Assembly (NCBI GenBank): GCA_016699245.1
Contig: CP064968.1
Span: 155,386 to 219,385 of the forward strand
DNA length: 64,000 bases
From: Candidatus Kaiserbacteria bacterium
GTDB taxonomy: Bacteria > Patescibacteriota > Minisyncoccia > Phycocordibacterales > UBA918
Reading direction: 5' to 3'
Shown here: one piece after another, positions 17,712 to 27,288 of the stretch
How the letters are laid out: each line of letters starts with the position of its first letter
Position numbering within the stretch: position 1 is the stretch's first letter
Made by a program: the position numbers and the translations under genes
The notes under the pieces: generated by a model
What the model was told of the DNA's origin: nothing
Database searches by the model: none
What the model saw: only the letters and a program-made list of their open reading frames with translations

Positions 17712-19377
17712 TAATAAAGTAGACACTGAAAAGATTGAAATTTTTGGAAAGAAGATTCAATCACCCGTGGTAGAAACCAACATTCGCCTTGCGGTGTCTG
17801 CGGAAACCCAACCCCGTGCACAGCAAATACTTACCGAGCTAGAGTCCTGCTTCAATCAGTTTCAGGATATGAAAGGGAATCAGTGTTCTTTCAGACGTTT
17901 TTCCGGAGGGAAGCAGCAGAAGATTTTACGTGATTTTTCGTTTCGTGAGTTTGATTCTTCGTTTGCGGTGCCACTCTCACTCACCGAACTTTCGACTCTC
18001 ATACACTTTCCTGCAGAGGGTATTGAGTCGACACCACAATTCAAACAGTCACGTGCGAAGGGAGTCTCAGCACCACTTAATCTTCCAAAACACGGTACAC
18101 TCCTTGGTGCGAACGAGTATCGAAATGTGACCACAAACGTATACCTTACGCCCGAGGATAGATTGCGTCATTTCTATGTCATTGGTCAGACTGGTGCTGG
18201 GAAATCTACACTCATAAAGAATATGATTGTGCAGGATATTCAGGATGGAGCAGGTGTGTGTTTTATTGACCCACACGGTACGGATATTATGGATGTGGTC
18301 GCTGGAATACCTCCTGAGCGTCTTGATGATGTGATCTACTTTGATCCAGCAAATCTTGAAACATCAATCGGGCTCAATATGCTTGAATTTGATGAGAACA
18401 AGCCTGAGCAGAAGACTTTTATTGTGAACGAGTTGCTTTCGATATTCCAGAAACTCTACGGAGCAAACCCTGAAGCACTTGGTCCTATGTTTGAGCAGTA
18501 CTTCCGTAACTCCACATTGCTCGTTATGGAAGATCCCGCATCGGGGAGCACGCTCCTCGACATCTCGCGCGTTATGGTTGACCCCGTATTCCGCGCACGC
18601 AAACTTGCTAAGGCAACAAACCCTGTGGTGAAACAATTCTGGGAAAAGATTGCAACGAAGGCCGGTGGTGAGCAGTCGCTTGAAAACTTTGTACCGTATA
18701 TTACCTCAAAGATTGACCCACTCACCGCCAACGACTACATTCGTCCTATTATCGGCCAGCAAAAATCTTCATTCAACTTCCGTGACATCATGGATACAAA
18801 GAAGATACTCCTTGTTAATCTTTCAAAGGGACGTCTCGGTGAATTGAATGCAAGCCTCATCGGTATGGTCATTGTGGGCAAGATACTCATGGCAGCATTG
18901 TCACGTGTGGATGACCCCACAAAGGGTTTCCCACCGTTCTATCTGTATATAGATGAATTCCAAAACATCACTACTGATTCTATATCAGCGATTCTGTCTG
19001 AGGCGCGTAAGTATAAGCTTGGACTTATGATTGCAAACCAATATATTGCACAGATAGATGAAAAAATTCGTGATGCTATTTTCGGTAACGTTGGCTCCAT
19101 GGCAGTCTTCCGTGTGGGTACCGAGGATGCCACATTCCTAGAGAAGCAATTTGCACCAACATTTCTCACGTCGGACCTCATGAATATCGAAAACCGAAAT
19201 GCCTATGTACGTATTCTTGCGGACGGCACACCCACTCAGCCGTTCAATATTCATACCATGAAACCAAATGACCCTAATCCCGAGTATGCAAAACAACTCA
19301 TTGAATACTCAACACTCAAGTACGGTACACCACGACTACAGGTAGATGCGGTAATACGTGCCCGATATCTTGCATAG
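17692..19377 (+). CDS. TraG/TraD/VirD4-family (type IV coupling protein-like) P-loop ATPase, soluble
   Basis: Walker A VIGQTGAGKST followed by FIDPHG; Walker B YLYIDEFQN. TrwB/VirD4-like layout but no N-terminal TM segment. Confidence 0.55.
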   Translation: MTPTNADNKVDTEKIEIFGKKIQSPVVETNIRLAVSAETQPRAQQILTELESCFNQFQDMKGNQCSFRRFSGGKQQKILRDFSFREFDSSFAVPLSLTELSTLIHFPAEGIESTPQFKQSRAKGVSAPLNLPKHGTLLGANEYRNVTTNVYLTPEDRLRHFYVIGQTGAGKSTLIKNMIVQDIQDGAGVCFIDPHGTDIMDVVAGIPPERLDDVIYFDPANLETSIGLNMLEFDENKPEQKTFIVNELLSIFQKLYGANPEALGPMFEQYFRNSTLLVMEDPASGSTLLDISRVMVDPVFRARKLAKATNPVVKQFWEKIATKAGGEQSLENFVPYITSKIDPLTANDYIRPIIGQQKSSFNFRDIMDTKKILLVNLSKGRLGELNASLIGMVIVGKILMAALSRVDDPTKGFPPFYLYIDEFQNITTDSISAILSEARKYKLGLMIANQYIAQIDEKIRDAIFGNVGSMAVFRVGTEDATFLEKQFAPTFLTSDLMNIENRNAYVRILADGTPTQPFNIHTMKPNDPNPEYAKQLIEYSTLKYGTPRLQVDAVIRARYLA

Positions 19378-19433
19378 TTATCAACGGTCGCGTGCGCTAG
19401 AGATTTCAATGCAATGGTACAATAATCATTAAT

Positions 19434-21347
19434 ATGGGAGGTAATAGTACTTTACAGAGTGCTGTGTTGTCTGATAATGGGGGAACACAGAAAAAATTTG
19501 ACCTTAAGAGTTGGCAGGGTCTTACTGAGCTCCTCAAAGCAGGGAAAAACGCGCTTAAACCCGAAGTGTATGCTGAGTTTCGAAATCTTGTGCTGGAATA
19601 CGCTCAGCATGGGGGAGATGCTGAATACAAAAAACGCATTGACGACGTCGTGGCGACTTTCAGTAACCCTGTGGCGGTACCTCCAAAGACGATTCCCACG
19701 GAAAGTATAAAAGATATAGCACCTGAGCCTAAGCCCGCGCTCCATTCCCGTCGTGTCGCCCCACGCTTTGGCGGTGCTTCGACAACCCCACCGTCACGTA
19801 CTGTGGATGTCGGTAGTGTTACTCCTTTGTCGATTCTTCCACAAGAATCTGTGCTCGCGGAAATACCTCAAGCACCACAACCTGTTAAAGAGCCTGAAGT
19901 TACAAAGCCAGCACAATCAGTTTCAGTACCTGTTTCTGAGCCCGTGGCAATAGTTCCTGAATCAGTAGTTCCCCCCGATGCTCCTCCTGTTTTAGTTTCT
20001 TTGCCACCAACTCTAGAAACAGTCGTAGAACCCACACCCCTAGTTCCTGAGCCTGTTTCTACAGAGATTTCTCAACCACCGAAACAAGTAATTCAATCAG
20101 AGTCTGAGCAACCTCAGGAGACTAAGGATTCTTTTATGAGTATGGAGGAGTATAAGGAACGTGTCGCAGAGATTAAGCGTGCAGTCAATACGCATTTTGG
20201 AAATCCTGTAGCACTTATGGCGGTGCCAAACAACCTCGGAAAGATATACATGACTGCGCTCCTCGCTGCACTCAAGGCTTCCTCTCCAGGTAGTCCGGTA
20301 AGTGTAGATAGTGCAATACTAGAACTCGAACTCGCCTATAATCAATTGATTGAAGGCAATAAGGCCTCATCTTCTGCGGTACCCAGAAACACAGAGCAGG
20401 TCCCTCCATCTACTGCCGTACCCACCCTCGTTCCCGAAGCAGTAACGCCCGAAATAGTTTCTGAACCAAAAACTACACCTGAACTTGTTTCTACACCAGT
20501 ACCTTTGGAATCTGTTGCCGAGACACTTGCAACGCTTGTGCCTCCGACAGAACCTGTTCCGCTCACAGAATCAGAGATTGGTATCTCTTTGCCAGAGAAA
20601 TCTTTGTCACCAATACTGAATACGCATTTGGAAAACGACCCGGAGCGTATGAGTATTCTCGAGCGCATTGAATCAGAACAAGGTCTTCCAAGCTTACAAG
20701 AGCATACAGAAGCATCACGTTCTGAAGAAATGCACTCCGCGTTTGAAAAAACAGATAGCACTATTTCTGCGGTTGTTGGTTCGGTACACAAAACACTCAA
20801 TCCACTTCCCGATACAATCTCTGGTTTTGTAACTGATGGCATTAGTGATTATGAAAAGTGGGCTGCTACTGCAGAATCAGCGTCTCCTATCACTTTAACT
20901 ACTCTCGAATCAGAAGATCCTATCGCCATTCGGGAAAATAAAATGACCAAGAAAAATATTGTCGAAAAGAACGATACTGAAACACTTGTACATGAAGGAA
21001 TCAACACCGATGACGTTGTCATAAAACAGACAGAACTTTTTTCGTCTCAGATTACAAAAACACTCGATAAAATGCTTCATGATTGGAATGTGTTTGCGGG
21101 GAGTGGATTTTTTGGTATTGGTCCTGGAGGTATTGAGCATCCCCTTTTCAAAAGGTTGGGAGTCTTGAGCATGGGCGAAGTGTTGGCAGGGCGCTTTGAC
21201 GAGGCTGATCCTAAAATTGTCAAAGCCATTAAGCAATATGTCGATGCATGGCATCATGAGCAGGGAATCATTTTTACGCAAAACGAAACTTTTGAACACT
21301 ATCTTCGCCGTGTGGTACAGAAGATTTCTAAGAGACAAGGCGGTTAA
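19434..21347 (+). CDS. Large Pro/Val/Glu/Ser-rich low-complexity protein (637 aa)
   Basis: Repetitive PEP/VPE/PVS-rich stretches; conserved-looking C-terminal 150 aa. No enzyme motifs. Confidence 0.45.
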   Translation: MGGNSTLQSAVLSDNGGTQKKFDLKSWQGLTELLKAGKNALKPEVYAEFRNLVLEYAQHGGDAEYKKRIDDVVATFSNPVAVPPKTIPTESIKDIAPEPKPALHSRRVAPRFGGASTTPPSRTVDVGSVTPLSILPQESVLAEIPQAPQPVKEPEVTKPAQSVSVPVSEPVAIVPESVVPPDAPPVLVSLPPTLETVVEPTPLVPEPVSTEISQPPKQVIQSESEQPQETKDSFMSMEEYKERVAEIKRAVNTHFGNPVALMAVPNNLGKIYMTALLAALKASSPGSPVSVDSAILELELAYNQLIEGNKASSSAVPRNTEQVPPSTAVPTLVPEAVTPEIVSEPKTTPELVSTPVPLESVAETLATLVPPTEPVPLTESEIGISLPEKSLSPILNTHLENDPERMSILERIESEQGLPSLQEHTEASRSEEMHSAFEKTDSTISAVVGSVHKTLNPLPDTISGFVTDGISDYEKWAATAESASPITLTTLESEDPIAIRENKMTKKNIVEKNDTETLVHEGINTDDVVIKQTELFSSQITKTLDKMLHDWNVFAGSGFFGIGPGGIEHPLFKRLGVLSMGEVLAGRFDEADPKIVKAIKQYVDAWHHEQGIIFTQNETFEHYLRRVVQKISKRQGG

Positions 21348-21368
21348 AATGATGCATACTGCATAGAT

Positions 21369-21962
21369 ATGCATCATGCAAATGCACTTATAGGGAGTCG
21401 TACGTGGGCGTATGCGTATGGAGGGTTCAACACAACAGGAGAAAATCCCGATGTCTCTCTCCGCGAGTTTGACCGGATGGCGATTGCTGATGTACGTTCA
21501 CTTATTCATGATGCAATGCTTCGGCCAGTACAAGATGATGTTCGTGTATTTGTCATTGCAGCAGATTCCATTCTTGGTGAAGCCCAAAATGCACTTTTGA
21601 AACTTTTTGAAGAACCAAACGCTCATACGTGCTTCTACCTCATCATTCCACGTGAGGACATGCTCTTACCCACACTGCGCTCTCGACTTTCTATTATGGC
21701 TGTTGAAGATTCTGTTACTACGCATACTTCATTCATCGCATTTCAAAAGTTGGGATACAGCGAAAGACTTTTACTTATCACAAAAAAGCTAAATACCGAA
21801 GATAATGCATTTTTTGCTGAAATTGCAGCAGGATTTGCGGAGTACGCGCACACGAGAAGAAACGCAGCACTTATACAAGATTCACTCATGCTCGCCACGT
21901 ATTTGCCCATGCCGGGAAGTTCCAAAAAGATGCTCTTTGAACACATCGCACTTACCCTTTGA
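21369..21962 (+). CDS. holB: DNA polymerase III delta-prime (HolB)-like, short
   Basis: NALLKLFEEPNAHTCFYLI and LPTLRSRL match delta-prime sensor motifs. N-terminal P-loop degenerate. Confidence 0.45.
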   Translation: MHHANALIGSRTWAYAYGGFNTTGENPDVSLREFDRMAIADVRSLIHDAMLRPVQDDVRVFVIAADSILGEAQNALLKLFEEPNAHTCFYLIIPREDMLLPTLRSRLSIMAVEDSVTTHTSFIAFQKLGYSERLLLITKKLNTEDNAFFAEIAAGFAEYAHTRRNAALIQDSLMLATYLPMPGSSKKMLFEHIALTL

Positions 21963-21995
21963 AGAAGTACAAGAGTACGTTAAAATAGCAACACT

Positions 21996-22547
21996 ATGTC
22001 ATACAACACAAAACAATTTACTGAACGTGCAGAAGATGTCGTCAAATGGCTTGAACGAGAGTTTTCGAGTATTCGTACCGGGCGTGCCACACCGACACTT
22101 CTTGACCTCGTCTTAGTGGAGTCATATGGTGCGCGCGTACCACTCCAGCAGGTGGGTTCCGTAAATACCGAAGATGCACGCACTCTCCGTGTGTCTATCT
22201 GGGACAAGAGCGTTATAAAGAGCGTTGAGAAGGCTATCGTCGATGCAGATCTCGGCGTGTCTGTGGTGACTGATGGTTCAGGTATCCGCGTCATTTTCCC
22301 CGAGCTTACGAGTGAGCGCAGAGTACAACTTCTTAAAATCGCTAAGGCAAAGCTCGAAGAAGCACGCGTCTCACTTCGTGGTGCGCGCGACGAGACCATA
22401 AAGGAAATTGATAAACTCGAAAAAGCAGGTGAGATGAGTCAGGATGAAAAATTTAATGCAAAAGAAGACATTCAAAAACACATTGACACTTTTAATAATA
22501 AGCTCGCCACCTTGATGGATTTAAAGGAGGCTGAAATCAACATATAA
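21996..22547 (+). CDS. frr: Ribosome recycling factor
   Basis: Full-length Frr-like sequence (SIRTGRATPTLLD, VSLRGARDE). Confidence 0.9.
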   Translation: MSYNTKQFTERAEDVVKWLEREFSSIRTGRATPTLLDLVLVESYGARVPLQQVGSVNTEDARTLRVSIWDKSVIKSVEKAIVDADLGVSVVTDGSGIRVIFPELTSERRVQLLKIAKAKLEEARVSLRGARDETIKEIDKLEKAGEMSQDEKFNAKEDIQKHIDTFNNKLATLMDLKEAEINI

Positions 22548-23644
22548 TGTCAATCCTCATATTTTTAGTTGTTCTTTTTGTACTTGTCTTGGTACATGAA
22601 TTAGGACATTTTGCAGTGGCAAAGTGGACGGGGATGCGCGTGGATGAATTTGGTATCGGGTTCCCTCCAAAACTTTTTGGTATTCGTCGAGGTGAGACGG
22701 AGTACACGTTTAATCTATTTCCGATAGGGGGATTTGTAAAAATCTATGGTGAGGATGCTCTCCTTGAAGGGGAGGCAACTCACCCCGACGCGAATTCACG
22801 CTCATTTATGTCAAAGGGGAAGTGGGCACAAGCGACAGTACTTGTTGCAGGTATCACCATGAACATTCTTTTTGCATGGTTTCTCATCACGCTTGCTTTT
22901 AGTATGGGTGTAAAAAGTTCGGTCTCTGAGGAAGACGCGACCGCTACTGCTGTACTCGCTATTACACAAGTACTCCCCGATGGTCCTGCTGCTGAGGCAG
23001 CGCTTACTCCAGGAGCAGTCATTCGTGAGGTACAGGCGGGGGATGACACACTCACGACACTTACCCCTACAGCATTTAGTGATTTCATCGCGAAGCACCA
23101 AGATGTACCGGTCACGATTGCGTATATGCTCGAAGGAGAAATGCGTGCAGTGCAGGTGACACCAACGACAGGTGTTATTGAAGGTTCCTCACGGCCAGCT
23201 ATTGGTGTCGCACTTACTCTTGTGGATACGGTCTCACGCTCACTTGGTGAATCTATTGTTGATTCATCAGTATTTGTCGTGACGGCGATTCGAGATATTA
23301 CGGTAGGTATTTGGACACTTCTTGCAGACACAGTGCGTATGCAGGCCGATTTTTCGCAAGTGGCGGGGCCGGTGGGTATTGTGGGTCTTGTGGACGAAGC
23401 ATCCTCGTACGGCATTACTTCACTCCTTATGTTTACTGCATTTATCTCACTTAACCTTGCGGTCATTAATATTTTGCCGTTTCCTGCGCTTGACGGAGGC
23501 AGACTTCTCTTTGTGATTATCGAGGCAGTGAAGGGAACACCGATTAAGGCACAATATGTAGCAGTTTTGAACACTGTGGGATTTTTCCTTCTTATTCTCC
23601 TTATGGTTCTCGTAACATGGAATGATATTGCAAAATTGCTGTAG
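22547..23644 (+). CDS. rseP: Site-2 protease RseP (M50 zinc metalloprotease)
   Basis: HELGHF motif in TM1, PDZ-like middle, LNxxP...DGG C-terminal motif. Start overlaps frr stop (TAATG). Confidence 0.85.
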   Translation: MSILIFLVVLFVLVLVHELGHFAVAKWTGMRVDEFGIGFPPKLFGIRRGETEYTFNLFPIGGFVKIYGEDALLEGEATHPDANSRSFMSKGKWAQATVLVAGITMNILFAWFLITLAFSMGVKSSVSEEDATATAVLAITQVLPDGPAAEAALTPGAVIREVQAGDDTLTTLTPTAFSDFIAKHQDVPVTIAYMLEGEMRAVQVTPTTGVIEGSSRPAIGVALTLVDTVSRSLGESIVDSSVFVVTAIRDITVGIWTLLADTVRMQADFSQVAGPVGIVGLVDEASSYGITSLLMFTAFISLNLAVINILPFPALDGGRLLFVIIEAVKGTPIKAQYVAVLNTVGFFLLILLMVLVTWNDIAKLL

Positions 23645-23699
23645 ATAGGCCAGAAAAACACAAATGTTGTTCGTACACTGTACGGAATCCTTAAATATT

Positions 23700-23728
23700 T
23701 TGACCGCACTCTCATTTAAGGTACAATA
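23700..23728 (+). promoter_or_regulatory. Sigma70-like promoter for proS (TTGACC-N16/17-TACAAT)
   Basis: TTGACC at 23700-23705; TACAAT at 23722-23727. Confidence 0.45.
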
Positions 23729-23801
23729 GAAAAAACACGTACACACGGGCTTTTTTGTTGGTACAGTGTTCATTAGTATTGTATTTGCACATATTCATAT
23801 T

Positions 23802-25064
23802 ATGAAACAGTCTAGACTTTTCACCCGCACACGAAAGGAAGTACCCGCAGACGAAACCGCAAAAAATGCGCAACTCCTCATTCGTGCTGGGTATGTGCAT
23901 AAAGAAATGGCTGGTGTGTACTCCTATCTTCCTCTTGGGCTTCGTGTGCTTGAGAATATTAAAAGCATCATTCGTGAAGAGATGAATCATGAAGGGGGGC
24001 AAGAAATGGTGATGACTGCTCTTCAAGAAAAAGAAATCTGGGAAAAGACTGATAGATGGGATGATGCAAAAGTGGATATTTGGTTTAAGAGTGCACTTAA
24101 GAATGGTACTGAAGTTGGGCTTGGTATTACCCATGAAGAGCCGATTACACGCATCATGACCTCATACATCTCATCATATAGAGATCTTCCTCGTGCTGCA
24201 TATCAATTCCAGAACAAATTTCGCAATGAGACCCGTGCAAAAAGCGGTATCATGCGTGGAAAAGAGTTTTTGATGAAAGACCTGTACGATTTTTCTCGTG
24301 ATGCAGGTGAACATGAAGAATTTTATAGTCGTATGCGCGCAGCATACATCCGGGTGTTCGAGCGGCTTGGTCTCGGCGAGATTACCTATCCGACGTTTGC
24401 ATCGGGGGGTATCTTTAGTGAGTTTTCTGAAGAGTTTCAGACGGTTTCGGATGCGGGAGAAGATATTATTTATGTTGATGAGGAACGCCACATTGCACTT
24501 AATAAAGAAGTGTATACCGACGAGGTGATTACAAAACTGGGTCTCGACAAGAGTACTCTCGTCGAGAAGAAATCTATCGAGGTAGGAAATATTTTCCATC
24601 TTGGTACCAAATTTTCTGAGCCTCTTGGCCTTTACTACACCGATGAAGAGGGAAATAAAAAGCCAGTGTACATGGGCTGCTATGGCATGGGTCCTACACG
24701 TATCATGGGTACTATTGTTGAGACGCTTTCAGATGCAAAAGGTATTGTATGGCCAGAGAGTGTGGCACCATTTCAAATACACCTCATTGAACTTTCAGGT
24801 GGTGATACTGAACTCAAAGACGAAGCTGATGGGCTCTATAACACTCTTAAGGAGGGTGGTGTCGAGGTGCTCTACGATGACCGCGATGCACGTGCAGGAG
24901 AGAAGTTTAATGACAGTGACCTGCTTGGCATGCCGTACCGTGTCGTGGTAAGTAAGAAAACAAAAGAAGAAGGGAAGTACGAAGTGGTCGAACGTGCGAC
25001 CAGTAATGTACTCTTCATGACTGAGGAAGAACTCTTCCAAAAGTTCCTTAATACGACTGCATAA
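23802..25064 (+). CDS. proS: Prolyl-tRNA synthetase
   Basis: Class II aaRS motifs, HKEMAGVYSYLPLG, anticodon-binding C-terminus. Start at MKQS. Confidence 0.85.
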   Translation: MKQSRLFTRTRKEVPADETAKNAQLLIRAGYVHKEMAGVYSYLPLGLRVLENIKSIIREEMNHEGGQEMVMTALQEKEIWEKTDRWDDAKVDIWFKSALKNGTEVGLGITHEEPITRIMTSYISSYRDLPRAAYQFQNKFRNETRAKSGIMRGKEFLMKDLYDFSRDAGEHEEFYSRMRAAYIRVFERLGLGEITYPTFASGGIFSEFSEEFQTVSDAGEDIIYVDEERHIALNKEVYTDEVITKLGLDKSTLVEKKSIEVGNIFHLGTKFSEPLGLYYTDEEGNKKPVYMGCYGMGPTRIMGTIVETLSDAKGIVWPESVAPFQIHLIELSGGDTELKDEADGLYNTLKEGGVEVLYDDRDARAGEKFNDSDLLGMPYRVVVSKKTKEEGKYEVVERATSNVLFMTEEELFQKFLNTTA

Positions 25065-26137
25065 TGAAAGGGATTACGTCATACATCGATTCATTTCTCA
25101 ACTCACTGTCTACGGACATTGGGATTGACTTGGGTACCGCAAACACACTTGTCTATATAAAAGGCAAGGGAATTGTGCTTAATGAACCCACGATTGTAGC
25201 ACTCAATAAAAAGACCGGACAGCTTGTTGCTATTGGTAATGAGGCGAAGACAATGCTCGGCCGTACGCCTTCACATATCGAAGTAGTACGCCCACTCGTG
25301 CACGGAGTTATCTCTGACTTTGAAGTAACGGAGGAGATGCTCGCGTATCTTATTGCAAAAGTGCGTGTCGGGACAAAGACCTTTGTTGCGCCACGGGTAC
25401 TCATTGGTGTGCCGTCGGGCATCACCTCGGTAGAGATGCGCGCGGCACGCGACGCGGCGCGCAATGCGGGTGCACGCGATGTGTTTCTTATTGAAGAACC
25501 CATCGTTGCGGCGATTGGTTCGAAACTTCCTATTCACAAAGCACAGGGGAGTATGATTATTGATATTGGTGGTGGTACCACTGATATTGCAGTCATCTCT
25601 CTCAACGGTATTGTGACCGCCAAAAACCTTCGTGTCGCCGGAGACCAGTTGAACAACGATATCATGGCATATATTCGAGACCAATTTAAAGTACTCGTTG
25701 GCGATAAAACCGCCGAAGACACAAAAATCGCCCTTGCGTCGGTAGAGGAAGAGGGGGAATCAAAAGAAATAGTGGTGCGTGGGCGTGATGTGGTGACTGG
25801 CCTCCCACGCGAGGTAATCATTACCGACAGCGATATTCGCCAAGCAATAGGCAATTCAGTAAATGCAATTGTGGAGGCCTCACGTGACGTCATAGAACTC
25901 ACACCCCCCGAGGTGCTTGCCGACGTTATGCAGCGCGGCATCAGTCTTGCAGGAGGGGGAGCACTCATTCCTGGAGTAGCACGACTCCTCGAAAATGTAC
26001 TTAAGGTGCCCGTAGTAATTGTACCCGACCCGCTTCGTGCGGTAGTTCGTGGCATCGGCACGGTACTTGAAGATTTTGAACACTATGAAGAACTTCTCAG
26101 TGAAAACGAAGGAGAACTTTCACCGCAACTCTCGTGA
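25064..26137 (+). CDS. mreB: Rod shape-determining protein MreB (copy 2, in mreBCD-mrdA operon)
   Basis: IGIDLGTANTLVYI, DIGGGTTD. Confidence 0.85.
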   Translation: MKGITSYIDSFLNSLSTDIGIDLGTANTLVYIKGKGIVLNEPTIVALNKKTGQLVAIGNEAKTMLGRTPSHIEVVRPLVHGVISDFEVTEEMLAYLIAKVRVGTKTFVAPRVLIGVPSGITSVEMRAARDAARNAGARDVFLIEEPIVAAIGSKLPIHKAQGSMIIDIGGGTTDIAVISLNGIVTAKNLRVAGDQLNNDIMAYIRDQFKVLVGDKTAEDTKIALASVEEEGESKEIVVRGRDVVTGLPREVIITDSDIRQAIGNSVNAIVEASRDVIELTPPEVLADVMQRGISLAGGGALIPGVARLLENVLKVPVVIVPDPLRAVVRGIGTVLEDFEHYEELLSENEGELSPQLS

Positions 26138-26147
26138 GTCATCGCGT

Positions 26148-27035
26148 GTGAAGTATGTGGTGTGGATTGTTGCTGCACTGTGTATTTTAATGCTGGGAAA
26201 GGGGATAGTGAGTACCGTGTCTTCATGGGTTCCAAATGCACTCTATACGGTACGACATTACATGCAAACGTCTGTTTCTACCGTCCCTGTATTTATCCGA
26301 AGTCGAATGGAGTTGCTCAGTCATACCCAGGAACTCGAGCAAGAGTTAGCATCCAGTCAAGGTATTGCTGCAACTCTTGCCTATATAACTGCGGAAAATA
26401 CGGAATTGCGCAATTTGCTCAGTGCCTCATCTTCGCCGCAGATAGTGGCAGGAGTACTCGCACGCCCGCCATACACGCCATATGACACCATGGTGCTCGA
26501 CAAGGGTAGTGATGACGGCATTGTGGAATATGCCCCTGTGTATCACGGAAAGGGTATTGCGCTTGGCTATGTGCATGCGATATTTCCCCATATGTCATAC
26601 GTCACTCTCTTTTCATCACCCGGCGTAGAATCCACCGTATATATTTTTGGGGCGAATCTTTTTACCACTGCCTATGGTGAAGGAGGGGGTGTCGTGCATC
26701 TGAGTGTCCCACAAGGAATTCCCCTCACCAAAGGTGATGCAGTGGTGCTTCCATCGCTCCATACCGGTACGCTCGGCACCGTAGATGAAATTCAGTCTAT
26801 TGCTACCGAGCCGGAACAACATGCGTATGTGACGCTTGGTGTACCGCTCCAGTCGATTCGCATCGTGAGTGTAGGGACAGTGCCGGTGAATGCGATTTCG
26901 TTTGACGAGGCACGTACCCGGGTAGAGGCAGAGGAGCAGAAGCGTTTTATGATTTCCGTTCCTGAAGACGAACGAGTGCGTTTGAGTGCCACTTCCACGC
27001 TCATAAGTACAACCACTGCCACGACAACACCATGA
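26148..27035 (+). CDS. mreC: Rod shape-determining protein MreC
   Basis: TM anchor, coiled coil (ELEQELASSQ...ENTELRNLL), beta-barrel domain VLARPPYTPYDTMVLDKGSDDG. GTG start just after mreB stop; ATG at 26190 also possible. Confidence 0.65.
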   Translation: MKYVVWIVAALCILMLGKGIVSTVSSWVPNALYTVRHYMQTSVSTVPVFIRSRMELLSHTQELEQELASSQGIAATLAYITAENTELRNLLSASSSPQIVAGVLARPPYTPYDTMVLDKGSDDGIVEYAPVYHGKGIALGYVHAIFPHMSYVTLFSSPGVESTVYIFGANLFTTAYGEGGGVVHLSVPQGIPLTKGDAVVLPSLHTGTLGTVDEIQSIATEPEQHAYVTLGVPLQSIRIVSVGTVPVNAISFDEARTRVEAEEQKRFMISVPEDERVRLSATSTLISTTTATTTP

Positions 27036-27286
27036 TGTATTTTCGTATCATTAGTTTTATATGTGTACTACTTGCAGCACTTTTCTTTCCTGTGTGGGTG
27101 TTTGCGTGTCTTGCACCACTCTACGCATTTGTCTTTGCGCCGTATGAAATACTTGTTCTTGGAGTGTGTATTGACGCCCAGTTTGGTGATACTGCACGTG
27201 GGGTGTGGTTTATATACACAGGTATTGCAGCGCTCGCGATGCTTTCCGTCATGGCTGTGCGCCCGCTTTTACGTTTTTATACATAA
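27032..27286 (+). CDS. mreD: Small polytopic membrane protein, putative MreD
   Basis: Position between mreC and PBP2; two or three TM helices. No sequence signature. Confidence 0.35.
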   Translation: MMYFRIISFICVLLAALFFPVWVFACLAPLYAFVFAPYEILVLGVCIDAQFGDTARGVWFIYTGIAALAMLSVMAVRPLLRFYT

Positions 27287-27288
27287 CT

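Noticed and set aside
22780-23715. 311-aa minus-strand ORF
   Set aside because: It is antisense within rseP, whose M50 motifs are unambiguous on the plus strand. It has the Ser/Thr/Arg-rich composition typical of a shadow ORF.
25534-26061. 175-aa minus-strand ORF
   Set aside because: Shadow ORF antisense to the second mreB.
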